A stretch of DNA of 11,447 nt from Candidatus Zixiibacteriota bacterium (lineage in GTDB: Bacteria; Zixibacteria; MSB-5A5; GN15; FEB-12). The translations under genes and the position numbers were made by a program. The first letter of the stretch is position 1, and each line of letters opens with the position of its first letter. The notes below the pieces were generated by a model, which worked only from the letters and a program-made list of their open reading frames with translations, was not told where the DNA came from and ran no database searches. Below, one piece after another: positions 1-8,518 of this stretch. The DNA lies in NCBI GenBank assembly GCA_041742355.1, contig JBGSIV010000167.1, forward strand, positions 1-11,447, written 5' to 3'.

Positions 1-1
1 C

Positions 2-793
2 CTGCCCTACGCCATCCCGACCATCTACAACGCCACCTTCATCGGCGGCGGCGTGGGTGCCCCCAATGCCAGCCGTCTGGCCATCGGCATGTTCGACAAC
101 GCCGGCGGCAAGATCTACAACTCGATCTTCACCGAGTTCTCTGGCAACGCCCTGACCATGGAGGATCTGGCCTCGGGGCAGGACAACCGTGCCCGCCTGG
201 ATGCCGGCGACCTCGTCTTCCAGGACAACATCTGGTACTCGTTTGCCAACCCGGTTCGCGATCCGTCCACCGGTTCGTCGGCCATCTCCCAGCAGTTCGT
301 GTGGGACGCGCTGTTCGCCCCGGCTTCCGGCAAGAACAACGTGAGCGTCGACCCGCTGCTGAACAACGTCAGCCGCGCGCAGGCCGACTCACTCGACCCG
401 CGTCCGGATCCGTCCGGCCCGGCCGGCACCGCGACTCTTTCGGCTGATCCGTTCTTCGCGGCGGCGGCCTACAAGGGCGCGTTCGACCCGAACGCCGAAA
501 GCATGGCCGACACCTGGATCGCCGGCTGGACGTTCCTGTCCTGCGGCGGTGTTGTCGGGGATGTCGAAGGCCCGGTCAGCTGCTGCGTCCTGCGCGGTGA
601 TGTGAACAGCGACAACAAGGTGATCGTGTCTGACCTCACCTTCCTCGTCAGCTTCCTGTTCAAGGGCGGCATCGCGCCGACCTGCTTCGAGCACGGTGAC
701 CTTAACGGCGACAGCAAGATCATTGTGAGCGATCTCACCTACCTGGTCAACTTCCTGTTCAAGGGTGGTGTTGCTCCGGTCGCCTGCCCGTAA
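2..793 (+). CDS. C-terminal part (5'-truncated by the window) of a probably secreted/surface protein with a C-terminal dockerin-like (EF-hand-like) twin-repeat domain
   Basis: Frame 2 is open from base 2 (LPYAIPTIYNATFIGGGVG...) to TAA at 791-793, so the GTG at 53 is not the true start. Codons are strongly C/G-ending. The C-terminus is CCVLR-GDVNSDNKVIVSDLTFLVSFLFKGGIAPTCFEH-GDLNGDSKIIVSDLTYLVNFLFKGGVAPVACP. The upstream part (PTIYNATFIG, NSIF, NNIW-like, VDPLL, LDPRP, FF...YKGAF...WIAGWT) resembles the C-terminal end of beta-helix-like secreted proteins of FCB-group bacteria (recognition from memory, not a search). Confidence 0.85.
   Translation: MPYAIPTIYNATFIGGGVGAPNASRLAIGMFDNAGGKIYNSIFTEFSGNALTMEDLASGQDNRARLDAGDLVFQDNIWYSFANPVRDPSTGSSAISQQFVWDALFAPASGKNNVSVDPLLNNVSRAQADSLDPRPDPSGPAGTATLSADPFFAAAAYKGAFDPNAESMADTWIAGWTFLSCGGVVGDVEGPVSCCVLRGDVNSDNKVIVSDLTFLVSFLFKGGIAPTCFEHGDLNGDSKIIVSDLTYLVNFLFKGGVAPVACP
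596..790 (+). repeat. Dockerin-like internal duplication: two repeats with a 33-codon (99-nt) period
   Basis: Repeat 1 starts at GGT 596 and repeat 2 at GGT 695. 21 of the first 28 aligned residues are identical. Each repeat has a G-D-x-N-x-D-x6-D calcium-loop pattern followed by a hydrophobic helix, L(T)(F/Y)LV(S/N)FLF. Confidence 0.85.
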
Positions 794-824
794 GATAGTT
801 CCCCTCTCTACTCAGGTGCCCTCA

Positions 825-867
825 AACCGGCTGCTCTGTAACCCAGAGCAGCCGGTTATCTGTTTTC
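825..867 (+). terminator. Rho-independent terminator of the dockerin-tailed gene
   Basis: Perfect 14-bp inverted repeat AACCGGCTGCTCTG (825-838) / CAGAGCAGCCGGTT (844-857) with a 5-nt loop, followed by ATCTGTTTT. It starts 31 nt after the stop codon. Confidence 0.8.
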
Positions 868-1234
868 AGTTCCGAGCCGACAATTCTGATCATCGCGATT
901 AGTCACGTTACTTGCGATCGACATTCCGTTGTCTACTACGGCTGGGTACGGCAGAAATCAGTAGATGATGTCTTGAGTGTACCAATCGTCGTCAGCTTGG
1001 GTGCTCACCGACTTTCCGGCTATTGATATTCCACGCCGCCATTCAGAGTAGTTCAAGAGGTGATTCTGGCGAGCTGTAGCCAGTTGTAAATTAGCCGGGG
1101 AAAACGGCGTGGGCTGTGAGACGTGTTCCGCAACGGGGTGGTGATTAACGCTGCGTAGTTTGGCCCTCTGGAGCCTGTGAACCCATCGCGCTCAATATTC
1201 TGTCATCCCTCTGTCTCCCTTCCTATTCGTCTCA

Positions 1235-1251
1235 TTTACGCAGATTTTACT
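1235..1251 (+). promoter_or_regulatory. Candidate KdpE-binding site (TTTAC direct repeat, 11-bp period)
   Basis: TTTAC at 1235-1239 and 1246-1250 (TTTACGCAGATTTTACT). The architecture matches the E. coli KdpE box (TTTATA-N5-TTTACA). It lies about 45 nt upstream of a TATATA -10-like hexamer (1295-1300) and about 90 nt upstream of kdpF. Confidence 0.6.
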
Positions 1252-1337
1252 CCTAATGTTAGTCTCTTGAGAGCCTCTTGACCCGCATCCGACCTATATA
1301 TGTCAACAGAGACAATTTGTTTAGTGGGAGAATTGGC

Positions 1338-1424
1338 ATGGCATTCATAATCGCCGGCGCGGTGGCCCTGGTGCTGCTGGGTTACCTGGCTTATGCGCTG
1401 TTTCACCCGGATAAGCTGAATTAA
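1338..1424 (+). CDS. kdpF: K+-transporting ATPase small subunit KdpF (28 aa, MAFIIAGAVALVLLGYLAYALFHPDKLN)
   Basis: ATG at 1338 with GGGAG RBS at 1326-1330 and TAA at 1422-1424. It has a single hydrophobic helix with the KdpF signature L-x-x-Y-L-x-Y-A-L-x-x-P-[ED]-K and sits 9 nt upstream of kdpA. It is too short for the ORF track. Confidence 0.92.
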   Translation: MAFIIAGAVALVLLGYLAYALFHPDKLN

Positions 1425-1433
1425 GGACTGGGT

Positions 1434-3125
1434 ATGACTTCTCACGATCTTATGCAAATCGCTCTGTACGTACTTTCCTTGCTCATTTTGAGCCCGATAC
1501 TGGGCTCCTACATGGCTCGCGTATTTCAGGGAGAACGCCATCCCCTGACCCGGCCCCTGGGGTGGCTGGAACGCCTGATTTACAGGTTCGGCGGAGTCGA
1601 TCCGGGCGAAGAAACTGACTGGAAACATTATGCGGGAGCCGTGCTGGCGTTCAACTTCTTCGGATTCCTGACCGTATTTCTGCTTCAGCTCCTGCAGAAC
1701 GTCTTTCCGTGGAATCCTCAGCACCTACCGGCCGTTTCCTGGCACTCTGCCTTCAACACGGCAGTCAGCTTCATGACCAACACCAACTGGCAGGGCTACG
1801 CCGGTGAGACCACCATGAGCTATCTGACCCAGATGCTCGGTCTGACAGTCCAGAATTTTGTTTCTGCTGCGACAGGGATAGCCGTCCTTCTGGCGCTTAT
1901 CCGTGGCATAAGGTGCAGGTCGGCCCAGACGATCGGCAACTTCTGGGGCGATCTGGTCAGGACCGTCGTTTACGTACTTCTCCCGCTGAGCGTCGTTTTG
2001 GCCATTGCCCTTGTTTCAGAAGGCGTAGTGCAGACCATGTCGGCGGGGCAGCCGGTCACGGCTCTTGAGGGGCAGAACCTGAGCATCCCGGTCGGACCAG
2101 CCGCTTCACAAGTAGCGATAAAACAACTCGGTACCAACGGCGGCGGCTTCTTCAACGCCAACAGCACCGTCCCTTTCGAAAACCCTACCCCGCTGTCAAA
2201 CTTCCTGCAAATGTTGGCGATACTTCTTATCCCCGCTTCCCTGGTGTTTACGTACGGTAGACTGATCCGAAATCCAAGGCATGCCTGGTTGATCTTTGGC
2301 ATCATGCTCTTCCTCTTCTTCGGCGGACTCACCGCTTCATTGCTCAGCGAGTACACCGGCAATGAGGCCAAGGGATCCACCGCCAATATGGAGGGAAAGG
2401 AGGTTCGCTTCGGCATCGTCAACAGTGTCCTTTGGTCCACAGCAACCACGGCCGCCTCCAATGGATCGGTCAATGCGATGCACTCGAGCCTGACGCCACT
2501 GGCGGGGGGAGTCGCGCTTTTCAACATCATGCTGGGCGAAATCGTCTTTGGCGGTGTCGGTTGCGGTCTCTACGGCATGATCCTCTTCATTATCCTCACC
2601 GTGTTCCTGGCCGGTCTGATGGTCGGCAGAACACCGGAGTATCTGGGGAAGAAGATCGAGGCGCGGGACATTCAAATGGCCATTGTGGCCATTATTGCCC
2701 CCAGCGCCGCCATGCTGCTTCTGGCCGGGATTTCGGCTGTAACACCCGCCGGCCTGTCCAGTCTGAGCAACAGAGGGCCGCATGGACTGACCGAAATCCT
2801 CTACGCGTTTGCCAGCGGTGCGGGAAACAATGGCAGCGCGTTCGCCGGGTTGAATGCCAACACCGTGTGGTACAACGTGCTGATCGGATTGGCGATGCTG
2901 ATCGGGCGGTTTGCCGTACTCCTTCCGGTGCTGGCGATTGCCGGGAATTTGGCGAGTAAGAACACGGTACCAGTGTCCGCAGGATCCTTCTCCACGAATA
3001 GCGGCATATTCGCCGTCCTTCTGATCGGCGTCATCATCGTCGTCGGCGCCCTCACATTCTTCCCCGCACTCGCCCTCGGCCCGATAGTTGAGCACTTCCT
3101 GGCAAACGCCGGGCGAACATTCTGA
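1434..3125 (+). CDS. kdpA: K+-transporting ATPase subunit A (K+-binding/selectivity subunit), 563 aa
   Basis: All four pore-loop motifs are present: [26 protein letters not shown] and GNNGSAFAG. Also has [16 protein letters not shown] and the C-terminal [23 protein letters not shown] at 1423-1427. Confidence 0.98.
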   Translation: MTSHDLMQIALYVLSLLILSPILGSYMARVFQGERHPLTRPLGWLERLIYRFGGVDPGEETDWKHYAGAVLAFNFFGFLTVFLLQLLQNVFPWNPQHLPAVSWHSAFNTAVSFMTNTNWQGYAGETTMSYLTQMLGLTVQNFVSAATGIAVLLALIRGIRCRSAQTIGNFWGDLVRTVVYVLLPLSVVLAIALVSEGVVQTMSAGQPVTALEGQNLSIPVGPAASQVAIKQLGTNGGGFFNANSTVPFENPTPLSNFLQMLAILLIPASLVFTYGRLIRNPRHAWLIFGIMLFLFFGGLTASLLSEYTGNEAKGSTANMEGKEVRFGIVNSVLWSTATTAASNGSVNAMHSSLTPLAGGVALFNIMLGEIVFGGVGCGLYGMILFIILTVFLAGLMVGRTPEYLGKKIEARDIQMAIVAIIAPSAAMLLLAGISAVTPAGLSSLSNRGPHGLTEILYAFASGAGNNGSAFAGLNANTVWYNVLIGLAMLIGRFAVLLPVLAIAGNLASKNTVPVSAGSFSTNSGIFAVLLIGVIIVVGALTFFPALALGPIVEHFLANAGRTF

Positions 3126-3135
3126 GGTAACCAAC

Positions 3136-5229
3136 ATGAGATCGAGTACTGCTGATATTTCTCTAAAGACGCTGGCTGGACCGGCCCTCCGGGACGCCTT
3201 CCGCAAACTCAATCCGCGTTTCCAGTGGCGCAATCCCGTGATGTTCGTAACCGAGGTTGGAGCGGCCGCGACCACTGTAGCCTTCGTGGCCGGTTGGTTT
3301 GGTGCGGGATTCTCCACCTTTGACCTGCAGATCACGCTCTGGCTTTGGTTCACCGTTCTCTTCGCCAATTTTGCCGAGTCCATTGCGGAAGGACGCGGTA
3401 AGGCACAGGCCGACAGCCTGCGCAAGACCCGTACCCATGTTCTGGCCAAAGTACTCACTCCATCTGGCGTCGAAATCGTCCCTGCCGAGGCCCTCAAAAA
3501 GGGAGATCGGGTGGTCTGCAAGGCACAGGATGTCATTCCTGCCGATGGTGTGGTCGTCGTGGGCATCGCATCGGTCGACGAATCGGCGATCACCGGAGAA
3601 TCCGCGCCGGTTATCAGAGAGAGCGGCGGTGATCGCAGCGCCGTGACCGGCGGCACCCGGGTTATCAGTGACCGAATCGTCGTCGAAGTTTCGGCGCCTC
3701 CGGGGCAGGGATTTGTGGACCGCATGATCGCCCTCATCGAAGGAGCGCGGCGTCAGAAGACCCCTAACGAAATTGCTCTGGGCATCGTGCTGGCCGGCTT
3801 GACCATTCTCTTTCTGCTGGCTGTGGCCACTCTCAAGTTCTTTGCCGATTACAGCGCCGTGGCCGCCGACCAGGACCTCTCCGGCATCGTCACCGTCACC
3901 GTTCTCGTGGCTCTGTTGGTTTGTCTGATCCCGACCACCATCGGGGGATTGTTGAGCGCCGTCGGCATTGCCGGAATCGACCGGCTCATCCGCCGCAACG
4001 TCATCGCCACCAGTGGCCGGGCAGTCGAGGCAGCAGGTGATATTGACGTACTGCTGATGGATAAGACTGGAACCATAACATTGGGCAATCGTATGGCCGT
4101 GGAATTTCTACCGGCTCCCATGATCACTGCTGCCCATCTTGCTGAAGCGGCCCAACTGGCCTCGCTGGCTGACGAGACTCCCGAGGGGCGATCCATCGTC
4201 GTTTTGGCCAAGCGCCTCTTCGGCCTGCGGGCTGATTCTCTTGCTCCTCATCAGGCCCACTTCGTGCCGTTCTCAGCATCAACTCGAATGAGCGGGGTTG
4301 ACATTCGCGAGGATGGGGAAACCTCGATGAGGATCCGCAAGGGAGCGGTCGACGCGGTCACCCTTTACCATGAGCGCGTGGGCGGGACAATGCCGCCGGA
4401 GGTTTTCGCGGCGGCTGAGGAGATTGCTCGAGCGGGGGGGACTCCGCTGGCCGTGGTCGCCGATCTCGACATACTCGGGCTGGTCCATCTGAAAGATGTG
4501 GTGAAACGGGGGATCCGCGAACGCTTCGCGGAACTGCGTCGGATGGGCATTCGTACGGTTATGATAACCGGCGACAATCCCCTGACGGCTGCCGCGATCG
4601 CAGCGGAAGCGGGAGTGGATGATTTCCTTGCCCAGGCAACGCCAGAGGCCAAGCTGCGGCGAATCCGGGAGGAGCAATCGGCCGGGCATCTCGTGGCCAT
4701 GACCGGCGATGGTACCAACGATGCCCCGGCACTGGCGCAAGCCGATGTGGGCGTGGCTATGAACACCGGTACCCAGGCCGCGCGTGAGGCAGGCAACATG
4801 GTGGATCTGGACAGCAACCCGACAAAGCTGATTGACATCGTCGAAACCGGCAAGCAGATGCTCATGACCCGGGGAGCGCTCACGACTTTCAGCATTGCCA
4901 ACGACGTCGCCAAGTACTTCGCGATTATCCCGGCTATGTTCGGTTCTCTCTACCTAAGTGCGGGAGCGGAGACCGGCGCCCTGTCGAACCTGAACGTCAT
5001 GGGGCTCCACTCGCCCCACAGCGCGATTCTCAGTGCCGTGATTTTCAACGCCCTGATAATTATCGCGCTCATACCGCTCGCGCTGCAGGGGGTGAAGTAC
5101 AGGGCTGTCGGCGCAGCGGCAGCCTTGAGGCGGAATCTGCTGATCTATGGGCTGGGAGGGTTAGTTACTCCCTTTGTCAGCATCAAAGGAATCGATCTGC
5201 TGGTCACAGCAGTGGGACTGGTCAGGTAA
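3136..5229 (+). CDS. kdpB: K+-transporting P-type ATPase subunit B, 697 aa
   Basis: Motifs: [43 protein letters not shown], phospho-acceptor [32 protein letters not shown]. The start is placed at ATG 3136 (GAGGT RBS at 3124-3128) rather than the TTG at 3088 inside kdpA. Confidence 0.98.
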   Translation: MRSSTADISLKTLAGPALRDAFRKLNPRFQWRNPVMFVTEVGAAATTVAFVAGWFGAGFSTFDLQITLWLWFTVLFANFAESIAEGRGKAQADSLRKTRTHVLAKVLTPSGVEIVPAEALKKGDRVVCKAQDVIPADGVVVVGIASVDESAITGESAPVIRESGGDRSAVTGGTRVISDRIVVEVSAPPGQGFVDRMIALIEGARRQKTPNEIALGIVLAGLTILFLLAVATLKFFADYSAVAADQDLSGIVTVTVLVALLVCLIPTTIGGLLSAVGIAGIDRLIRRNVIATSGRAVEAAGDIDVLLMDKTGTITLGNRMAVEFLPAPMITAAHLAEAAQLASLADETPEGRSIVVLAKRLFGLRADSLAPHQAHFVPFSASTRMSGVDIREDGETSMRIRKGAVDAVTLYHERVGGTMPPEVFAAAEEIARAGGTPLAVVADLDILGLVHLKDVVKRGIRERFAELRRMGIRTVMITGDNPLTAAAIAAEAGVDDFLAQATPEAKLRRIREEQSAGHLVAMTGDGTNDAPALAQADVGVAMNTGTQAAREAGNMVDLDSNPTKLIDIVETGKQMLMTRGALTTFSIANDVAKYFAIIPAMFGSLYLSAGAETGALSNLNVMGLHSPHSAILSAVIFNALIIIALIPLALQGVKYRAVGAAAALRRNLLIYGLGGLVTPFVSIKGIDLLVTAVGLVR

Positions 5230-5239
5230 GGAGGATAAT

Positions 5240-5800
5240 GTGAATGCTGTGGTGCAGTCCATTCGGATGCTGGCCGTTCTGAGCCTGTTGACCGGTTTGG
5301 CCTACCCTTTGGTTGTAACGGGCCTATCAAAGGCCTTGTTCTCAGACCAGGCAAATGGCAGTCTGGTCGTTATTGACGGGAAACCGGTAGGCTCAGTTCT
5401 GGTCGGCCAGTCGTTTTCATCCGATGGGTACTTCTGGCCCCGACCCTCGGCTGTCGGTTACAACCCGCTCCCTTCAGGCGGTTCCAACTGTGGGCCGACG
5501 AGCGCCCAACTGCGCGACTCGATAGCTTCACGTGCGGCACGACTCGGCGCACCGGCTCCCGTGATCCCCGCCGACCTCATGCATGCGTCCGGCAGCGGAC
5601 TCGACCCGCACATCAGTCCCGAAGCGGCCCTGTTTCAGATCGACAGGATCAGTGCCGCGCGCGGCCTGCATGGCGTTCGGCGCCAGGAAGTCAGACAACT
5701 CGTCGAACGGCACATCGAACCCCGCCAATTCGGCATGCTTGGTGAACCGCGGGTAAACGTACTCATGCTCAATTTGGCGCTGGACTCCCTGTTGAGGTAA
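5240..5800 (+). CDS. kdpC: K+-transporting ATPase subunit C, 186 aa
   Basis: N-terminal TM helix (LLTGLAYPLVVTG), QANGSL, GS.LVGQ.F....YFWPRPSA, SGGSN, ASGSGLDPHISP and EPRVNVLMLNLALD. GTG at 5240 follows a strong AAGGAGG (5228-5234). Confidence 0.96.
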   Translation: MNAVVQSIRMLAVLSLLTGLAYPLVVTGLSKALFSDQANGSLVVIDGKPVGSVLVGQSFSSDGYFWPRPSAVGYNPLPSGGSNCGPTSAQLRDSIASRAARLGAPAPVIPADLMHASGSGLDPHISPEAALFQIDRISAARGLHGVRRQEVRQLVERHIEPRQFGMLGEPRVNVLMLNLALDSLLR

Positions 5801-5815
5801 CCGTACTATTTCGCT

Positions 5816-8518
5816 ATGCATGATGATCGCCGCCCGGATCCCGATCGCCTGCTTCAGGCGATTAGCCGTTCGGAGCACACATCGAACACCGGCAAGCTCC
5901 GCATCTACTTTGGCATGGCTGCCGGGGTCGGCAAGACCTACGCCATGCTCGAGGCCGCTCAGGCTAAGAAAGTGGAAGGGGTCGATGTCGCAATCGGGCT
6001 GGTCGAGACTCACGGGCGATCGGAAACTGCCGCATTGCTCAAAGGCCTCGATTCAGTCCCCAGGCAGAAGATTCAATACCGTGGCGCAACGTTTGAGGAG
6101 ATGGACCTCGATGCCCTCCTGGCACGCAAGCCGCAGATCGCTGTTGTCGATGAGCTGGCCCACACCAACGTGCCCGGATCGCGCCACCCGAAGCGCTGGC
6201 ATGACGTCGTGGAGCTGCTCGAGGCCGGTATCGACGTCTATACGACATTGAACGTCCAGCACATAGAGAGCCGGAAGGCGATGGTTGAATTGATCGGCGG
6301 CATTCCGGTTCACGAGACTGTTCCGGATGCTCTGCTGGAACGGGCCGCCCAGATTGAACTGGTAGACATTACTCCGGCTGATCTGCTGCAACGGCTGGCC
6401 GAGGGCAAAGTTTATCTCGGAGAGAAGGCGGGAGTCGCTGCGGCGAACTTCTTCCGGGAAGATCGTCTGACCAGCCTGCGCGAACTGGCCCTGCGTCTTA
6501 CTGCGGAGAAGGTCGACAGTGACCTGGACGACCTGTTGGCTACGGAGGGTAGGTCAGATTCCCGACGCCCAACAGACCGGCTCATGGTTGCTGTGAGTCA
6601 CAGCCCGTACTCCGATTCCCTGATTCGCTCCACACGTCGCATCGCGTTCGGGCTCGGCGTTCCGTGGATCGCCGTCCATGTCGAAACGGGGGCCCAGCTT
6701 TCTGCCGACGACCGTGCCACCCTCGCGGCCAACCTTCGACTTGTCCAGGAACTTGGCGGCGAACTGGTGGCCCTAACTGACACCGACATCCCGGCGGCAC
6801 TGGAGCGGGTGGCCCGCCGGCATGCTATTACACAGATGGTCGTCGGCCGCCCGACCCGAAGCTGGCGTGATCGACTTACCGGTGGATCAATAATCGACCA
6901 GTTGGCCCGACTGTCCGACCAATTTGACATCCTCGTGCTTAGGCCCGATACTTCCCTTCGAGGAACTCGCCAGCGATCCCTCACCGCATGGAACATCGGC
7001 GGCTCAGTGCGATCTTACCTGGTCGCTTGCATTACTATTATGGCTGTCGCCGGCATAAGTGCTCTTTGCCTGCCGATTATTGGCTACCGTGCCGTAGGTT
7101 TCCTCTTCCTCCTTTCCGTCATGGGCGTGAGTCTCTTTGTCTCTTTCGGCGCTGTTCTTGCGGCTGCTTTGCTCAGTGCACTCATCTGGGACTTCTTCTT
7201 TATTCCCCCGCCCGGCACGCTTTATATCGGTCACGCCGAGGATGTGATGATGGTGCTCTCGTACTTTGTCGCCGCGCTGGTGACCGGCTTCCTCACGCAT
7301 CGAATTCGGACGCGTCAGCAGCTTATCAGGCAGCGGCAGGAACGAACAGCCCTCCTGTACGACCTCGCTAAACAATTGGTAGCCAATGTCGGCATCGAGA
7401 AGGCTGTGACCGCACTGGCCCAGAGGGTTCGCCCCGTGCTGGAGGGAGAACTGGATCTGCTGGTCGCGGAAATTGAGGGTGGTCTTCGCAAACAGCCGAT
7501 TCTGAAGGCAGTCTGGATGCAGAACGAAAAGGAACTGGCTGTCGCGCAGTGGGCACACGGCCACGGTAGGGCTGCGGGGTGGGCCACCGACACGCTGCCT
7601 TCAGCCGTCGCCCGTTACATCCCCTTGCGGTCAAGCCCCGGCGTAGCCCTCGGGGTTCTGGCCTTCTATCCCGAGAAGGATCGAAAACTCACCCAGGACG
7701 AGGAGAACCTGCTCTCAGCAGTTGCCCACCAGTTGTCCCTGTCACTGGAACGTGAACGGCTCAGCGCCGATGCAGACAACGCACTTCGTCTGAAGGAGTC
7801 CGAACGGTTGCTTCAGACTGTGGTTGACTCAGTCTCTCACGAACTGCGCACACCGCTGACGGCGATTGCCGGAACTGCAATGGCCCTGGAAGCAGGCAAT
7901 GAGGCCGCGGATCAGGTTCGCCGCCGCGAGCTGCTTGCTGAACTGCTTGCACTGGTCGAACGGCTCAACCGGATAGTCGGCAATCTACTGGATATGTCAA
8001 GACTATCCTCCGGCATGATGACCCTTCAGAAAGACTGGCACGACCCGCGCGACCTGATCACCGCCGCACTTGAAGCCACCGACCGCGAACTGCGCGGCAG
8101 GCAGGTGAAACTTAATCTCGAAGAGAATCTCCCTCTTGTCCGGGTCGATTTTCGGCTGATGGTTCAGGCGATTGTAAACATGGTCGCGAATGCGGCGACG
8201 CACTCGCCTGCTGCCTCCCCCATTGAGGTTCACTGCCGCTGGGCCAGTAATCTGCTTATTCTGGAGATTCGCGACTACGGCTCCGGGGTGGCTGCGACCG
8301 ATGTTCCGCATCTCTTCACCAAGTTCTATCGGGCTCCGGGAGCTCCTGCCGGCGGCGTGGGCCTCGGACTGCCGATCGCGAAGTCCATCGTTGAAGTCCA
8401 CGGCGGCACGCTCTCGCTGGCTACTCACGTGGCACCAGGCGCCTGCTTCGTCATCGAGCTTCCGCTGGAACCGCAACCGGACATTCCGCCGGAGGATGAG
8501 GCTGATGAGCAAGGGTAA
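5816..8518 (+). CDS. kdpD: Full-length sensor histidine kinase KdpD, 900 aa
   Basis: KdpD domain with GMAAGVGKT (Walker A), VETHGR, VDELAHTN and TTLNVQHIES. Then a Usp domain, four TM helices ending WDFFFIPP, a GAF-like region, HisKA SHELRTPL, and HATPase N/G1/F/G2 boxes (NAATHS, DYGSGV, FTKFYR, GVGLGLPI). Confidence 0.97.
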   Translation: MHDDRRPDPDRLLQAISRSEHTSNTGKLRIYFGMAAGVGKTYAMLEAAQAKKVEGVDVAIGLVETHGRSETAALLKGLDSVPRQKIQYRGATFEEMDLDALLARKPQIAVVDELAHTNVPGSRHPKRWHDVVELLEAGIDVYTTLNVQHIESRKAMVELIGGIPVHETVPDALLERAAQIELVDITPADLLQRLAEGKVYLGEKAGVAAANFFREDRLTSLRELALRLTAEKVDSDLDDLLATEGRSDSRRPTDRLMVAVSHSPYSDSLIRSTRRIAFGLGVPWIAVHVETGAQLSADDRATLAANLRLVQELGGELVALTDTDIPAALERVARRHAITQMVVGRPTRSWRDRLTGGSIIDQLARLSDQFDILVLRPDTSLRGTRQRSLTAWNIGGSVRSYLVACITIMAVAGISALCLPIIGYRAVGFLFLLSVMGVSLFVSFGAVLAAALLSALIWDFFFIPPPGTLYIGHAEDVMMVLSYFVAALVTGFLTHRIRTRQQLIRQRQERTALLYDLAKQLVANVGIEKAVTALAQRVRPVLEGELDLLVAEIEGGLRKQPILKAVWMQNEKELAVAQWAHGHGRAAGWATDTLPSAVARYIPLRSSPGVALGVLAFYPEKDRKLTQDEENLLSAVAHQLSLSLERERLSADADNALRLKESERLLQTVVDSVSHELRTPLTAIAGTAMALEAGNEAADQVRRRELLAELLALVERLNRIVGNLLDMSRLSSGMMTLQKDWHDPRDLITAALEATDRELRGRQVKLNLEENLPLVRVDFRLMVQAIVNMVANAATHSPAASPIEVHCRWASNLLILEIRDYGSGVAATDVPHLFTKFYRAPGAPAGGVGLGLPIAKSIVEVHGGTLSLATHVAPGACFVIELPLEPQPDIPPEDEADEQG

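Noticed and set aside
870..1230. Possible c-di-AMP (ydaO) riboswitch or other ncRNA in the long spacer upstream of kdpF
   Set aside because: The conserved ydaO elements (GCTGAATC, GGGGTGAATC, AACCCGxCAGCTAAC) are absent and I see no long convincing stems. An Infernal/Rfam scan would settle it.
1278..1300. TTGACC...TATATA as a canonical -35/-10 pair for kdp
   Set aside because: The spacer is only 11 nt (22 nt from the TTGAGA at 1267). This is more consistent with an activator-dependent promoter lacking a good -35.
2337..3737. 466-aa minus-strand ORF and the many other antisense or alternative-frame ORFs over kdpA-kdpE and the 2-793 gene
   Set aside because: These are shadow ORFs expected opposite GC-rich coding sequence. 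They fully overlap well-supported genes and have no recognisable motifs.
8190..8504. 105-aa N-terminal extension of KdpE (and similar extensions of KdpB from 3088 and KdpC from 5174)
   Set aside because: The extensions lie within the upstream gene in another frame. Family similarity and RBS positions support starts at 8505, 3136 and 5240.
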